Made by a program: the position numbers and the translations under genes. Under the pieces are notes generated by a model. The model saw only the letters and a program-made list of their open reading frames with translations. It made no database searches and was not told the origin of the DNA. From Hormiphora californensis (Eukaryota > Animalia > Ctenophora), in contig CM035352.1 of the NCBI GenBank assembly GCA_020137815.1, positions 4,092,001 to 4,156,000 of the forward strand: a stretch of 64,000 nucleotides of DNA, given 5' to 3'. Positions 1-28,094 of the stretch are shown here, one piece after another; position 1 is the stretch's first letter, and each line of letters starts with the position of its first letter.

Positions 1-1913
1 GTCTCAGCGTTATAGAGGGAGTTCAGTTCCTTGCTGTTGAAGACGAAGGGAGCCTGGGTGGCTGCCAAGGAGACATTCTCCAGAGAGAGGGTTGTGTTGG
101 GTTGGAGGTTCTTTGCCAGGTTGTAATCCAACTTGAGGTTGTTTAGGGAGGCGGTAGTGACGATGGGAGACATGGCATTCTGCATCAACCCAGACATGAG
201 GAAGGATTGGTTGATGGCGGGCATTGAGGAGTAGGGGTTGGTGTAGGGGTTGAGGGATCCAACTGAGTTGATAGATCCAATAGAGGGGAGGGTGGTGACT
301 CTTAGTTTATCAGCTTGTCTCTTATTGTTAAACCAGCACTTCACGCTGTTCCTATCCACATCAATCTTCCTAGCTATCTCATCAATCTCTCCAGCAGAGG
401 GCCTCGGCTGGTTCTCGAAATACTTTGTCAGCAGGATGGACTGCTCGGGGGAGAAGTTGGTCCTCTTCTTCCTCTTTCTGTCATGGTGATACTCCTCTTC
501 ATCAAAATCTCCATTCCTCCGCAACCTATCTCTCTCGTCCTCCTTCTCCTTCAGTAGACCCAACAGAAGGGGTTTCATTCTCAGCACGATCGCCGTGCTC
601 AGTTGCATACTTTCCATCCTGCTAATGTAACTCTGTCCGTATCGTGCCCCAGCCCTCATATTCAGCTCCTCACCAATATCTGACTGGGTTAGTTTGAGGG
701 ATATTCTCCGGGCTTTGAACTCCTGGACGAACCGATGAGCCTCTTCGTCCTCTTCCGTTGTTGCCATCTTGACCCGGGGCGAGTAACCATGGTAACTGGT
801 CTTGGTGGCGTTACTGGTCGTGTGGAAGGTCGGCAGGGTCTGGGTAGCTATCGAGTTTGTTATGGCCTTGCTAGGGGTATTTGTAGAACCAGCAGAACCA
901 GGGCTGGTGCTATTGTTATTGTTATTGGCGATGAAGATTGCAGAGGAGCTGGGTGAAGTGGCCCGGTTTGTACCATTTACCCCATCAAATGGCTCAATGT
1001 AGAGGCCTCCCAGGGTGCTGACCAATAGGAAGGACTTGCTGAACACACCGGGCTCTGCGGGGGGAAAGTAATCGGTTAGAGATTTTGCGAGACAGACAAA
1101 AAACCAAGCTTGGACACGCAGGACTAAGTTGCCTTGCCCGATCCTCTCTCTGAGTTTTAACAAAATAAGGACCAAGTACAATAACCCCCACAATAACCAA
1201 ATGACAAATACACTAACCAAGTAGTAGGAACCAAGTAAAAAATAAAGTACCTTTAGAATTGTATTCTTTTGGGCTGTTTGTTGTTTCTGAACTATCTGGT
1301 ATGAGGGCCTCCATCGCCTGTTGATCCTGCGCACTTTTCAAAGTTTCATTTTCCTTCCTCATCATTAATATTTTTCGTTTGAGCACGTCCTTCTAGGTCA
1401 CATAATGGGTGTTAATGATCTAAAAATCTCTCGCAAATCTCCCTCTACATGCAGTCTACATAGCCCAGATATCAATATCCCCGGAGGGACACCACTGTGA
1501 AAAGTTGCTCTGAAATCAATCCTACATATAAAACATATGAAAACCTCATAGCGAGAAGTTTAACTAGGAAATCGGCCTCCCCCCAGGAAATCGTCTTATA
1601 TACTTGAAATCTATCCTACATAATATAATAATAATTCTTCATGGGGATAAGTTTAACTAAGAAATATTGAAATTAACCCCGGCCCCCAAATATATTTTCG
1701 ATGGCTATGGAACTATTGTCTAGCCGCACGGCGCTACAGGTCAAACAACAAACTCGGTAACACCGGCCAGACTTGAAACAACACCACCCTCTGATCCCCT
1801 ACCCATGAACAAACCTTTTGTGTCTTTTGTTTCAGCTTCCTATTCTCTTCCACCACTAGCTCATATTCCATCTGTAGCTTTTGGTGTTCATCGTCATCAG
1901 ACGAGGATGCTTT
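1..1913 (-). CDS. Divergent POU-class homeodomain transcription factor (partial; exons 1815-1913, 1251-1392, <1-1054)
   Basis: Manual minus-strand translation. POU-specific domain at ~549-755 (FVQEFKARRISLKLTQSDIGEELNMRAGARYGQSYISRMESMQLSTAIVLRMKPLL) and homeodomain at ~300-479 (RKRKKRTNFSPEQSILLTKYFENQPRPSAGEIDEIARKIDVDRNSVKCWFNNKRQ). GT-AG junctions at 1814/1393 and 1250/1055 are phase-compatible. The frame stays open to the window edge, so it is absent from the ORF track. Start exon not found. Confidence 0.9.
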
Positions 1914-2180
1914 CTAAAATGGAGAGGGGGATTTAGAGAGAAGATTCCGGTAACGAAATGGTGGTTGGAGTGAGGGCGCTCAGAATGAAAAAGAGGGGAG
2001 AGAAATATTTTCAGTGCAGAGCTCGCGGTAACAAAATTGAGGTGCTAAAAGATGTTGAGAGGAAAGAGGAGGGAAGAGAATGGAATTCGTGAGGATACGG
2101 TCTGGAACGTATCCATACGGATATGGGATGATGAGGGCACATAATAGGAAGTATCATGGTAGTTGTGCAATTACAGTGTG

Positions 2181-2182
<2 letters not shown>

Positions 2183-2258
<76 letters not shown>

Positions 2259-2583
2259 CTGGAGAGTCGAACAATACTCTCTCCAACATGAAATGTTTAA
2301 TGAGGGCGAGGGAGGGAATTAATGAGCTAGGAACTGTGTTGAAATCTTATTGCTGTATGGGGGGAGGGGACACTTTGCATATTCAAGAGTAAAGCGATAT
2401 GAGATATTCATCGCATTGCGAGCGATTTAATTTAGAGAGAGGGAGCTGAGAGGGAGCTGAGAGGGAGAGAGAGAGAGAGAGAGACACGGAGAATTGAAGG
2501 AAGGGGCCGAGGCAGCAAGAAATAATATATTCAGTTTGAGCGAGATTTGGTAATCACTACTCGAGATATATTCAGCGGACTTG

Positions 2584-2621
<38 letters not shown>

Positions 2622-2622
2622 C

Positions 2623-2669
<47 letters not shown>

Positions 2670-3093
2670 TATGATTATATTCAAAATCCCCTCACTGGAG
2701 CAAGTTGCTATAATGTGGTGCAAGAATCTTACATATATATTCTCTCTGTCACCCTTCCTCTCTTTCTCCCCCTTCTCGCTCCCCTACCATTTCTGTTTCC
2801 TCCTATTTTATACACCGCAACATATAAACACATATAATATATGATGCGAATCAGACACGTTGCGCTCTTCGTGCTCGCTGCAGACTTACACACATATATT
2901 TCTCTCTCCTTCTACCACGAAACTTTCTCTCTATGTCTCTCTCCTTCTACCACGAAACTTTCTCTCTATGTCTCCTTATCCCTCTTGGACATTTCTCTAA
3001 TCCAATAAGCTTGCCCAGGGAGAGGGTAGGGTATGGAGAATGGGAGAGAGAGAGAGAATGGGGGAGAGAGAGAAAGAGAGAGAGAAAGAGAGG

Positions 3094-3149
<56 letters not shown>

Positions 3150-3234
3150 AACAGCACACCAAGATAGGAATAATATCAACTTTGTTAATATTATTGCTGC
3201 AGCAGATAATGAAGGAAAACAAAGAGAGGAAGAT

Positions 3235-3285
<51 letters not shown>

Positions 3286-3288
3286 GAT

Positions 3289-3322
<34 letters not shown>

Positions 3323-3722
3323 GGGGGAGTCTCACAGGAGAAAGGGAGAACCGAATGTGTACCAGGTGATGGGGTGTTCCTACACACACCCTAAATATTG
3401 CATGTGGCGCAACATACACAATAACTGCTGCCATTTATCATACTGCAGGCCAAAAGGGGGAAGTTACCAAAGGGAAAGCCGAAGGGTAAAAACAGATAAA
3501 TGAAGTGATAAAAAGGTTAAAATGCTCAGAGCATGACTTACATTGTTTAGGTCGTTCTCTGTTTCATTACAGCTGTCCGGCGCAGTCTGCATCTTTTCTG
3601 TGGATTGGCTTGTTTCGCTGTTGCTGTTCAAGTTGTTTATACCAGAGTGGGTTTTCTCTCGTTTGACATTCCTCATCAAACTCGCGCCTACACAGGAACA
3701 TAGAGATTGTGTTAGGGATAGA

Positions 3723-3807
<85 letters not shown>

Positions 3808-3898
3808 AAGAGGAAGAAAGAGGGAGGGAAAGTGAGAGAATGAGTGAGGTAGAAAGCTTCCGGCAAACAGCAGGTAGGAGTGGCACACGGAGAAGATG

Positions 3899-3965
<67 letters not shown>

Positions 3966-4376
3966 TGGAAGTGAGAAACACATGCCTAGAGATATATATG
4001 CGCCTGTGTAAGTATTAGGTTGTGAGTGTGCGTGATTGGATGTAAGAAAGCTTGTTGATTAATCTCTCGTTCTCTCCCTCTTTCTTTCCTTCAATCTCTC
4101 TCACACACACTCTCTTTCTTTCCTTCAATCTCTCTCACTCTCTCTCTTTCTTTCCTTCAATCTCTCTCACTCTCTCTCTCACTGTCTGTTTAGCATGTCT
4201 CGCATTCTCTCACGCAGGATTGTTCTCTCTCTCCCTCTTGGCTCTCTGAATTGCAGTTTCATTCTCTCACTCTCTTACTAACTCCATCTTTCTCGGGCTC
4301 CGTGTCTCCAGTAATTCTACGAGAAATGGTATGCAAGTATGGCATTAGCAGCCGGAGGTGGTCTTGGAGAGAGAGA

Positions 4377-4457
<81 letters not shown>

Positions 4458-5453
4458 TCCTTTTTTAGGGAGGTTTTGCTGTAAAAGAGAGGCGATGATC
4501 CTTCACAGAGAGGTGTATTTGTTGCCCAGCAAAAACCCCAAAAATCCAAAAACGCCAAGAAAGGGTTTGCTCATGAACGCACAATTACAGAACATGAGTG
4601 GGGTGGGGGTTTAAGAAAGGGGGTGTTTTTTTTTCAAAAAAAAAAACAAAAAGAAAAAATCTTTAAGAGAAGTTGGTGCTTTCTTATGGGGGTGCAGGGG
4701 GCCTCAACAGCTTCATATCTGCTGCGTAGTTTTTCAACCGACTACCACTGTGGTACTCAGTCCTCCCTAGCAAGAGGTGAGGTGTTATATGAGAAGAGTA
4801 GGAGGTACACAGTATTACATGTGGTGGTATTCAATGAGAGAGAGAGAGAGGGTTTCTTCAATAAAAATTATATATTACACGAACATACGACAAACAAATC
4901 GAATATATTATGAGGGACAAGTAGGCAAAACAAAAAGGAGAGAGAGCTGGTTAAATAAGGAGGCCACCAGCTGCCTAAATAAAACTAAATTATCTTTTCA
5001 ATGATTTTGCTCCAAACCGCTAGTATACGCATTAATTTAACATCGAACACATGTTTTTAAAAAAAAGAGAGAGAAGGGGAGAAAGAGGAGGAAGAGAGGA
5101 AAAAAAGAAATATAGGGAGAGAAAGAGCACAGCAAAACGTGGAGGCTGAAATGGGTTTAATAAAAATGAACAAAACCTATTTTATAAAGTGCCAAGTTTG
5201 TGGCTTTTAAAGAAAACTTTAACTCGTGCTTCTTCCCTCTCTCTCTCGCGCTCTCTCTCTCTCTCGCTCTTTCTCAATCTCAATCTCTCGACACCGCTCT
5301 CTTCCCTTTCTGCTCGCGCCCTCTGCTCCTTTCTACCTACAATGTACATATATGCGGGGATAAATATGCAAGAGACTTGGGAGTCTCGTCGACTGGCGCA
5401 TATAATATTCAGTCGAATGGGAGGCTTGCTTTCCGACCGAAAGCTAGGGAGGG

Positions 5454-5551
<98 letters not shown>

Positions 5552-6900
5552 TAGAGAGAGAGAGAGAGCAAAAGAGTCAAACGATGACATGAAGGGGAGA
5601 GAGAGAGAAACGAGTAAGAGAGATAGAAAAAATAAGTAAAATGTTTCCAGATGGTTGAAACAAACTTTCATAGTTAGTTTAACGTCCCCGAGGAATAAAA
5701 GGAGTAGAAGCGGAAGAATATTATGGTTCTTTCTAGTTGCCTATGTTAATTATGTCCGGGNNNNNNNNNNNNNNNNNNNNNNNNNNNNNNNNNNNNNNNN
5801 NNNNNNNNNNNNNNNNNNNNNNNNNNNNNNNNNNNNNNNNNNNNNNNNNNNNNNNNNNNNGGGGTTCACAGAGGCCGGGCTAGAGGAGAAGAAAGAGCAG
5901 TCCATATCTTTTTAGCACAGGATTCGATTTAATGAGAAGGAAAAATTTCATGATCGAAATTTTGAAGATCGTAGTAAGACATACGTGTAAAGATTGGCCC
6001 ATAACTCCTGAACTATACTACCTTGAGACATCCCCAACCTATAGGACTGGAGCCAAGGATGCTAGGAATACCGTAGGACCGTTTATTTTCTTTCAAATCA
6101 TCAGTTTTTTGAAAAAACCACCGAAGGACAATATTTATGGAACAACCTAATAGAATTAAATCTTTATGTGATTCAATGATTAAATAGTCTTAATTAAATA
6201 TTCTCCAACAACTCGTTCTTCTTATAACCCCCTATCTGGCTAGAGAAAAGAATAGGGCATGGGAGAATGTGAGAAAAAGAAAGAGATATAGAGGTTAGAG
6301 ATAGATATTATAGAGATACAGAGCTGGAGAGAGATAGAGATTAGAGATGGAGAGAGAATTAGGAGATCCTCGGATAGAGAGTCGAGAGAGATATAAAGAG
6401 AGCGAGAGATGGTGCAAGGTGATGCATTTGCATTTGTGTTATTATTCATGCGGTTGATGGCGGAAATTGCGTTTCTTTGTGCCCATCCACGTTCATATAC
6501 CCTGCAAGAGAGAGAGAGAAAGAGAGAGAAGAAGGAAGAGAAGACGGAGAAGAGGAGAGCAGACGAGAGAGCGGAGAGGAGAGAGAAGATGAGAGAGGAG
6601 GATGATGAGAGAGATGAGAGATGACGAGAGAGAGAGAGACGAGACGAGTGAGAGAGGAGAGGTAGAGAAGAGAGAGAGGAGACGAGAAGAGAGCCCCCCC
6701 GAGAGAGAGACGAGAGAGAGAGGAGAGATAGGAGAGAGACGAGGAGAGGAGAGAGAGACGAGAGAGAGGAGAGAGGAGAGGAGAGAGATCGAGAGAGAGG
6801 GGAGAGAGAGGGGAGAGAGAGGGGGAGGTAGAGAGAGAGAGAGAGAGATAGAGAGAGAGTGAATGAGAGAGATAGAAAGATTGAAGAGAGAAGAGAGTAA
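2183..6900. repeat. Cluster of (GA)n/(TC)n microsatellites (more at ~15960, 16980, 20240, 21345, 21890, 28990, 32970, 38040, 46620, 47490)
   Basis: Directly visible dinucleotide runs; they generate the ER/SL-repeat ORFs in the track. Confidence 0.97.
5761..5860. other. Assembly gap (100 N)
   Basis: Run of exactly 100 N; contiguity across it is not established. Confidence 0.99.
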
Positions 6901-7101
6901 GAACGAGTCTGAAAGGGGACCCATAATTATCAGGCACATTACGTAACGGCCACATAAAGATAGTATGATGTCATTACTCATCCTGATAAGGGTATTGAGA
7001 TCAACAATTACCATTTTTTTGGATCGTCCCCGTGCTAACATTTGTCACTCCCTGTTACACTCCATGTATCCTGGCCATGTATTGTACAATTACCCATATA
7101 T

Positions 7102-8327
7102 CTATCTATCTATCTACGGAGTGCCTGGGCTTGCCAACGGCAAGCCCACAGGGGACTATCGCAAAGCGATATCGCCGGCACTAGGAGAATAGCCCCCCTC
7201 CCCTCCCCCACCATCAGGAACTGCCCACAGGACAGGTTCCATTATAGGTGGCTTCGGGTTCGGGAGGATAAACTCCTTCGAGAGTCGCAAGATATTGATT
7301 CTTCTTCCCTATGAGTCTTGGATCTTTGGCTCTCTATCCCTGCGACAGGTGGGGATGAGTTATACTAATCTTTCTCTTGGTTCTTGAGTTTATTTGCTTT
7401 CTCGATTAGCTTGATGGCTACCGTGGTGTGATATATTATCGTTTTGCCTAGATCTTTGTACGAAGTTTTGCCGCTTAGTCTCATTCTCTCCGTTTCCAGG
7501 ATTTCACATTCACAGATTAAGTGTTTCGCATTTTCTTCTGTTTTAGAGCATAGACTACATATGTCTGTATTCGATTTTCCAATCTTCTTGAGGTAGTAGT
7601 TGAACGGCCCTATATTTGTGATGAGATGTAGTATGGTTCTATACTTTTTCCTTTGGTTTGCGTACAGTGTCATCTTTTTTGTTAGTGAGTTCCATGTTGA
7701 TTCATTCGTTACTAGGGTTCTTGTGTGTTTCCCTCCATTTATTAGAAATTGGTTCATGGTTTTTGTTTTGGCTATTTTCGTCGTAGAATTTTTAATATAG
7801 CTGTGTGGGATTGGTATTTGTCTGGTTTCACTGATTGGTTTGCTGCATCCTTCTTTGGCAAGTTGGTCAGCTATCTCATTACCTTGGATGCCGATATGTG
7901 CTTTGACCCATTTTATTTTCACCGTATTGTTTTGTGCTAGTTGGTTGAGTTCCGCGTTGCATTCCTTAATTGTTAAGGAGTCGGAGGTCAGTTTACTTAG
8001 TGCACTTATGCTGGCGGCTGAATCTGATCTGATGTGGATGTGGTGGTTTCGTGTCCCATTGTTGTTTAGTTCCTCTGCTGCTCTTTTAATTGCTGTTACT
8101 TCGGCTTGGAAGACTGTGCTATAATTTGGTAATCTTTCTGAGATATCGATTTCTTGTGTAAGCACTGTGGATTTTGAGTGTGCTCCTAGCCCCGTTTGGT
8201 TAGCTTCGTTTTTCGATCCATCCGTGTATACTGTTAGTGCATTTTTGTCCTCCTCATCTAGTGTACCTGTTTCCCAGTCTATTGTTGTCTCATAGTATTT
8301 CATAAGGGTTTCTTTGGTTGTTTTGTC
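7102..8327 (-). mobile_element. 5'-truncated non-LTR retrotransposon 3' end (RNase H plus CCHC knuckle; I/R1/LOA-type architecture)
   Basis: (TAGA)n tail at ~7102-7116 and 13-bp TSD ATTACCCATATAT at 7089-7101 and 8328-8340. Confidence 0.85.
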
Positions 8328-8336
8328 ATTACCCAT
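7365..8336 (-). CDS. Retrotransposon RNase H domain plus C-terminal zinc knuckle (323 aa)
   Basis: YTDGSK...TVFQAEVTAI...IRSDS...WVKAHIGIQGNEIADQLAK (RNase HI catalytic residues) and CSLC...HLICEC. Confidence 0.85.
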   Translation of the reverse strand: MGNDKTTKETLMKYYETTIDWETGTLDEEDKNALTVYTDGSKNEANQTGLGAHSKSTVLTQEIDISERLPNYSTVFQAEVTAIKRAAEELNNNGTRNHHIHIRSDSAASISALSKLTSDSLTIKECNAELNQLAQNNTVKIKWVKAHIGIQGNEIADQLAKEGCSKPISETRQIPIPHSYIKNSTTKIAKTKTMNQFLINGGKHTRTLVTNESTWNSLTKKMTLYANQRKKYRTILHLITNIGPFNYYLKKIGKSNTDICSLCSKTEENAKHLICECEILETERMRLSGKTSYKDLGKTIIYHTTVAIKLIEKANKLKNQEKD

Positions 8337-9136
8337 ATATGGGGCGAGTGAAACAGGGTCAGGTAAGGGGTCTAGTTAGGGGTCTAGTTAGGCAACCATA
8401 TATTCGGTGAAGGTAAGGGTATTCAAAACACTCCAAGTTCCTCATATTCATAATTCTATGTAGCCCCGCTTATTTTCAATAACCATCCAGCTGTACGAAG
8501 GCGGGGAAATGAAGATACCGAATAGATAGATGTTTTGCAAGGCGTGATAGAATACAGCATGCTCTTGTATGTCTTGGGCAGGTATGTAATGTAGATTTAT
8601 AGACATTTAAGAAAGAAAGATCATGAAAGAAAGACAGTGAGAGAAAATAACACGAGAGTGAGAATGCATATGAGAAAGAAAGGAGAAAGATTACCAGAGA
8701 TTTTGGTAAGATTTAAGAAGGATAAAAGGTAGTGAGAAGTTGGTAAGAAGGTAGTAGTGGTAGTAGTGTAGCTAAGTAAACATACACCAGTGCAGTCCGT
8801 CACGTGTCAGAATAAACCCCCGAGGAAGTGCCGTGACATACTGGAAATACGACGCAATGATATATATGATATGATACATATGTACATAATGGAGATCAAG
8901 AGCATTCATAATAAATCAAACCAGTGACTTGGATGGTACAGTGAGATGTCTACTTTTGAGCATTAGCATTGATTTCTCTGGTCAGATAACACGAATATAT
9001 TCCCCTCCTGCATAATATATGAGGCAGTGTGAGTGTGTAGCAATGCATATAATATATGCTAACATGAATAAATGAGGAGAATATATTTTATCCATGTAAA
9101 TGAATATATTCATAAATATTCAATGCATTATAATGC

Positions 9137-9171
9137 CATTTCGTAGCCATATATATATATATATATATATA

Positions 9172-9233
<62 letters not shown>

Positions 9234-9265
9234 TATAACTATATATTATATATGGCTACGAAATG
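9137..9265. repeat. (TA)n microsatellite flanked by inverted repeat CATTTCGTAGCCA/TGGCTACGAAATG
   Basis: Perfect 13-nt inverted repeat on either side of the TA run. Confidence 0.8.
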
Positions 9266-10850
9266 TTCCAAGGGTTGAACCTCCAACTTCGCTGGGGAAG
9301 AACTAACCAAGCTATTGCCTTCCCTACATGTATATAATATGTTATGTGAAAACTGTTATGCGGGAAAAGGAAGTTGAGACTTGAGGATATTTTACAAAAG
9401 TGTGAAACCACATGCATGGTCAGGTTTCACACGTGTAACTAATGAAATATTGCACGTGCCTTGAGGGTAATCCAAAAGTGAGGTATAATTAAATGTTTAC
9501 TAAACCGTGTACCACATTGTACCAACATATTGCGGCAACCCCGGCTTTCATACATATTGCGGTTCAATATTTTAAGCAAAATCTGCTACCTCCTACCACT
9601 TTTTCTCAAAAATAAACAATTATTGAATGCAATATAAAATTAATGGGAGAAAATATACTATAACTAAGTAATATGAACATTTCTTAATTTAATGATCCTC
9701 CAAGGACAACGAACACCGACATTAAGTTAAGGTACAAAAAGGTTTTAACAATACCAACATGACAACAAACCAACATTTGAAACCAAAGATAACACTTTCA
9801 CTTACCCAATCCGGATCGTGAAGGTAGCCCTTTGGAAACTTTCGAAGTGCCGACAGCCACAAAATTCTTAGCGGGGGCCGGGGTTGAAGTAAGCCAGCTA
9901 GTTTAATGAGAATTGTCAAGGTGTTGACTTTGAAGTCAAGAAAGAGTTATATCGACAGAATTTATTTTAAAATGAAAAATATATTGGCCAATCAGATCAA
10001 CCAGAATCAGAAAGCTATTGGGTACAATATGGAGGCCAGATACCGGGTTCCGACACACACTTGAATCTGGATTACGACGCATGTGCAAGCCACAAGTCAC
10101 AAGACGTATTCTTGTAAATTGTCTGCCCTGCATAATGCAGGCTACATTGTCTAAAAGTCTTGACTCTTGAAGGCCATTTCAAAATGTTTCCGGAGCACAT
10201 TATGCGCATTCCAGCACATTCAGAGCCTCCATACCATAGTAAATTCACTATTGGTTCAGCCGTCGCCCGTCTGAGTTCAGACGATCCAAACGTCCAGTTT
10301 CAGTTTAAAAATTGGCAAACGATGCTTTTAAAGTGCGTTTCAAACGACTTGACCTGAGATTCCTGGAAATTCAGGAAATACACGCGCAATGCGCCAAATT
10401 CCAAGAATTACGGGTCAAGTCGCTTGAAACGGACTTTAGCATATGCTGCATGAGGAGGCTGCATGAGGGGGGGGCTGTATCGCATTCAAAACGCTGCTGG
10501 CAAGTGGCAGCGCTCGCGCTTTTCTTGGCAAACGTTGCTGGCCCCCGCGCAGCGCGGGATAAGGCAGCGCTTTTCAAGCGCTTTTCAAGTTTTAAAAAAA
10601 AGTGTTCTGAAATTTTTTTCCCCGCGCCGCGCCGAAATGCTGCGATGCGTGCGCGGCGTTTCGTTCACGCGCAGTCGAATAAAGCGTAGTAAACTATAAA
10701 TTATCGCGCGTTCCCATAATATCACTGCAAGAACAAGCACCAAACTTTGGCCCAAAGTGACCATTTACTAAGTTTGTATACAATTTCCATAGTGAACACA
10801 ATTTTTCTATTTAAAGTTTAAACCCTGCCTGGCCAGTTGATAGTGATTCG

Positions 10851-11099
10851 TGACCTGTCTGGCGCCGCCGACCCCATCTGAATTCTGAGCGCACTGTCAA
10901 ATTCTGTATGGCGGCGCCATACCCCATTTGACAGTGCGCTCAGATGGGTCGCGGCGCCAGACAGGTCAAATTGGGGTATGGGCGCCTACCTCTCTGCTAG
11001 TAAAGTGCCAGTGCTTCGCCCAATCCCTGTCTGGCGCTGCGGACCCCATCGGAGCGCACTGAGCTGAGAACCAAATCGTGGTGTGGCACCGCCAGACAG
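10851..11099. repeat. GC-rich hairpin, MITE-like palindromic repeat
   Basis: TGACCTGTCTGGCGCCGC...GCGCACTGTCAAAT pairs with ATTTGACAGTGCGC...GCGGCGCCAGACAGGTCA (10851-10968). A degenerate second unit lies at ~11027-11099. Confidence 0.7.
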
Positions 11100-11742
11100 A
11101 TATTTAGGAAAAAGACAACTCGATTTACAAGGGTAATTGTCTGAATAAATAACAAAATGTTTTATAAAATAAACGCGAATCTCCTATTAGTTTGACATTC
11201 TACACCTTCCCTCGCAGAAGTCGCTATTCTAAAATTATCACAGTTGCCGCTGCGAAGGAAAATGTAGCCTTTCAACTATAGTAGTCCTATTGTTTGCATT
11301 AAATTTACTGACAGTGCATATATGCATTATTAAACTTAAATGCAAATAACAGGGGAGTATTAGTATGAGAATTGATTTGAATACTATAATAATATTAATA
11401 ACTCTATGTATAAGTATAAATTATGTCCAAATTGGACTCCATTCGCATATAAAATTTATTGTCTTTTTGAGAATATAGGCTCGGTAGGATAACTTAGATT
11501 TATACGCTCTACTCTTCACATTCCAATATGACATATATGTATTAGATCATCTTGAAGTTGACTCTTACTTCACTTATGTAATTCACTTTTATCATGACAT
11601 TTAGTAGTAAAATGCTTGCAAAAATAAACTCTATCTAACTGTCTCACTCTCTTTCACTGAGTTTTAATAACAGAAATATACACAGAAGTACGCAATTCAC
11701 ATGATATAGTACATCCCCCTAATTTACAGTTAAAACAAATCG

Positions 11743-28094
<16,352 letters not shown>

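Noticed and set aside
2011-7041. Many ORFs of ERER/SLSL repeats (also 28887-29849, 37997-38500, 46433-47818)
   Set aside because: Translations of (GA)n microsatellites.
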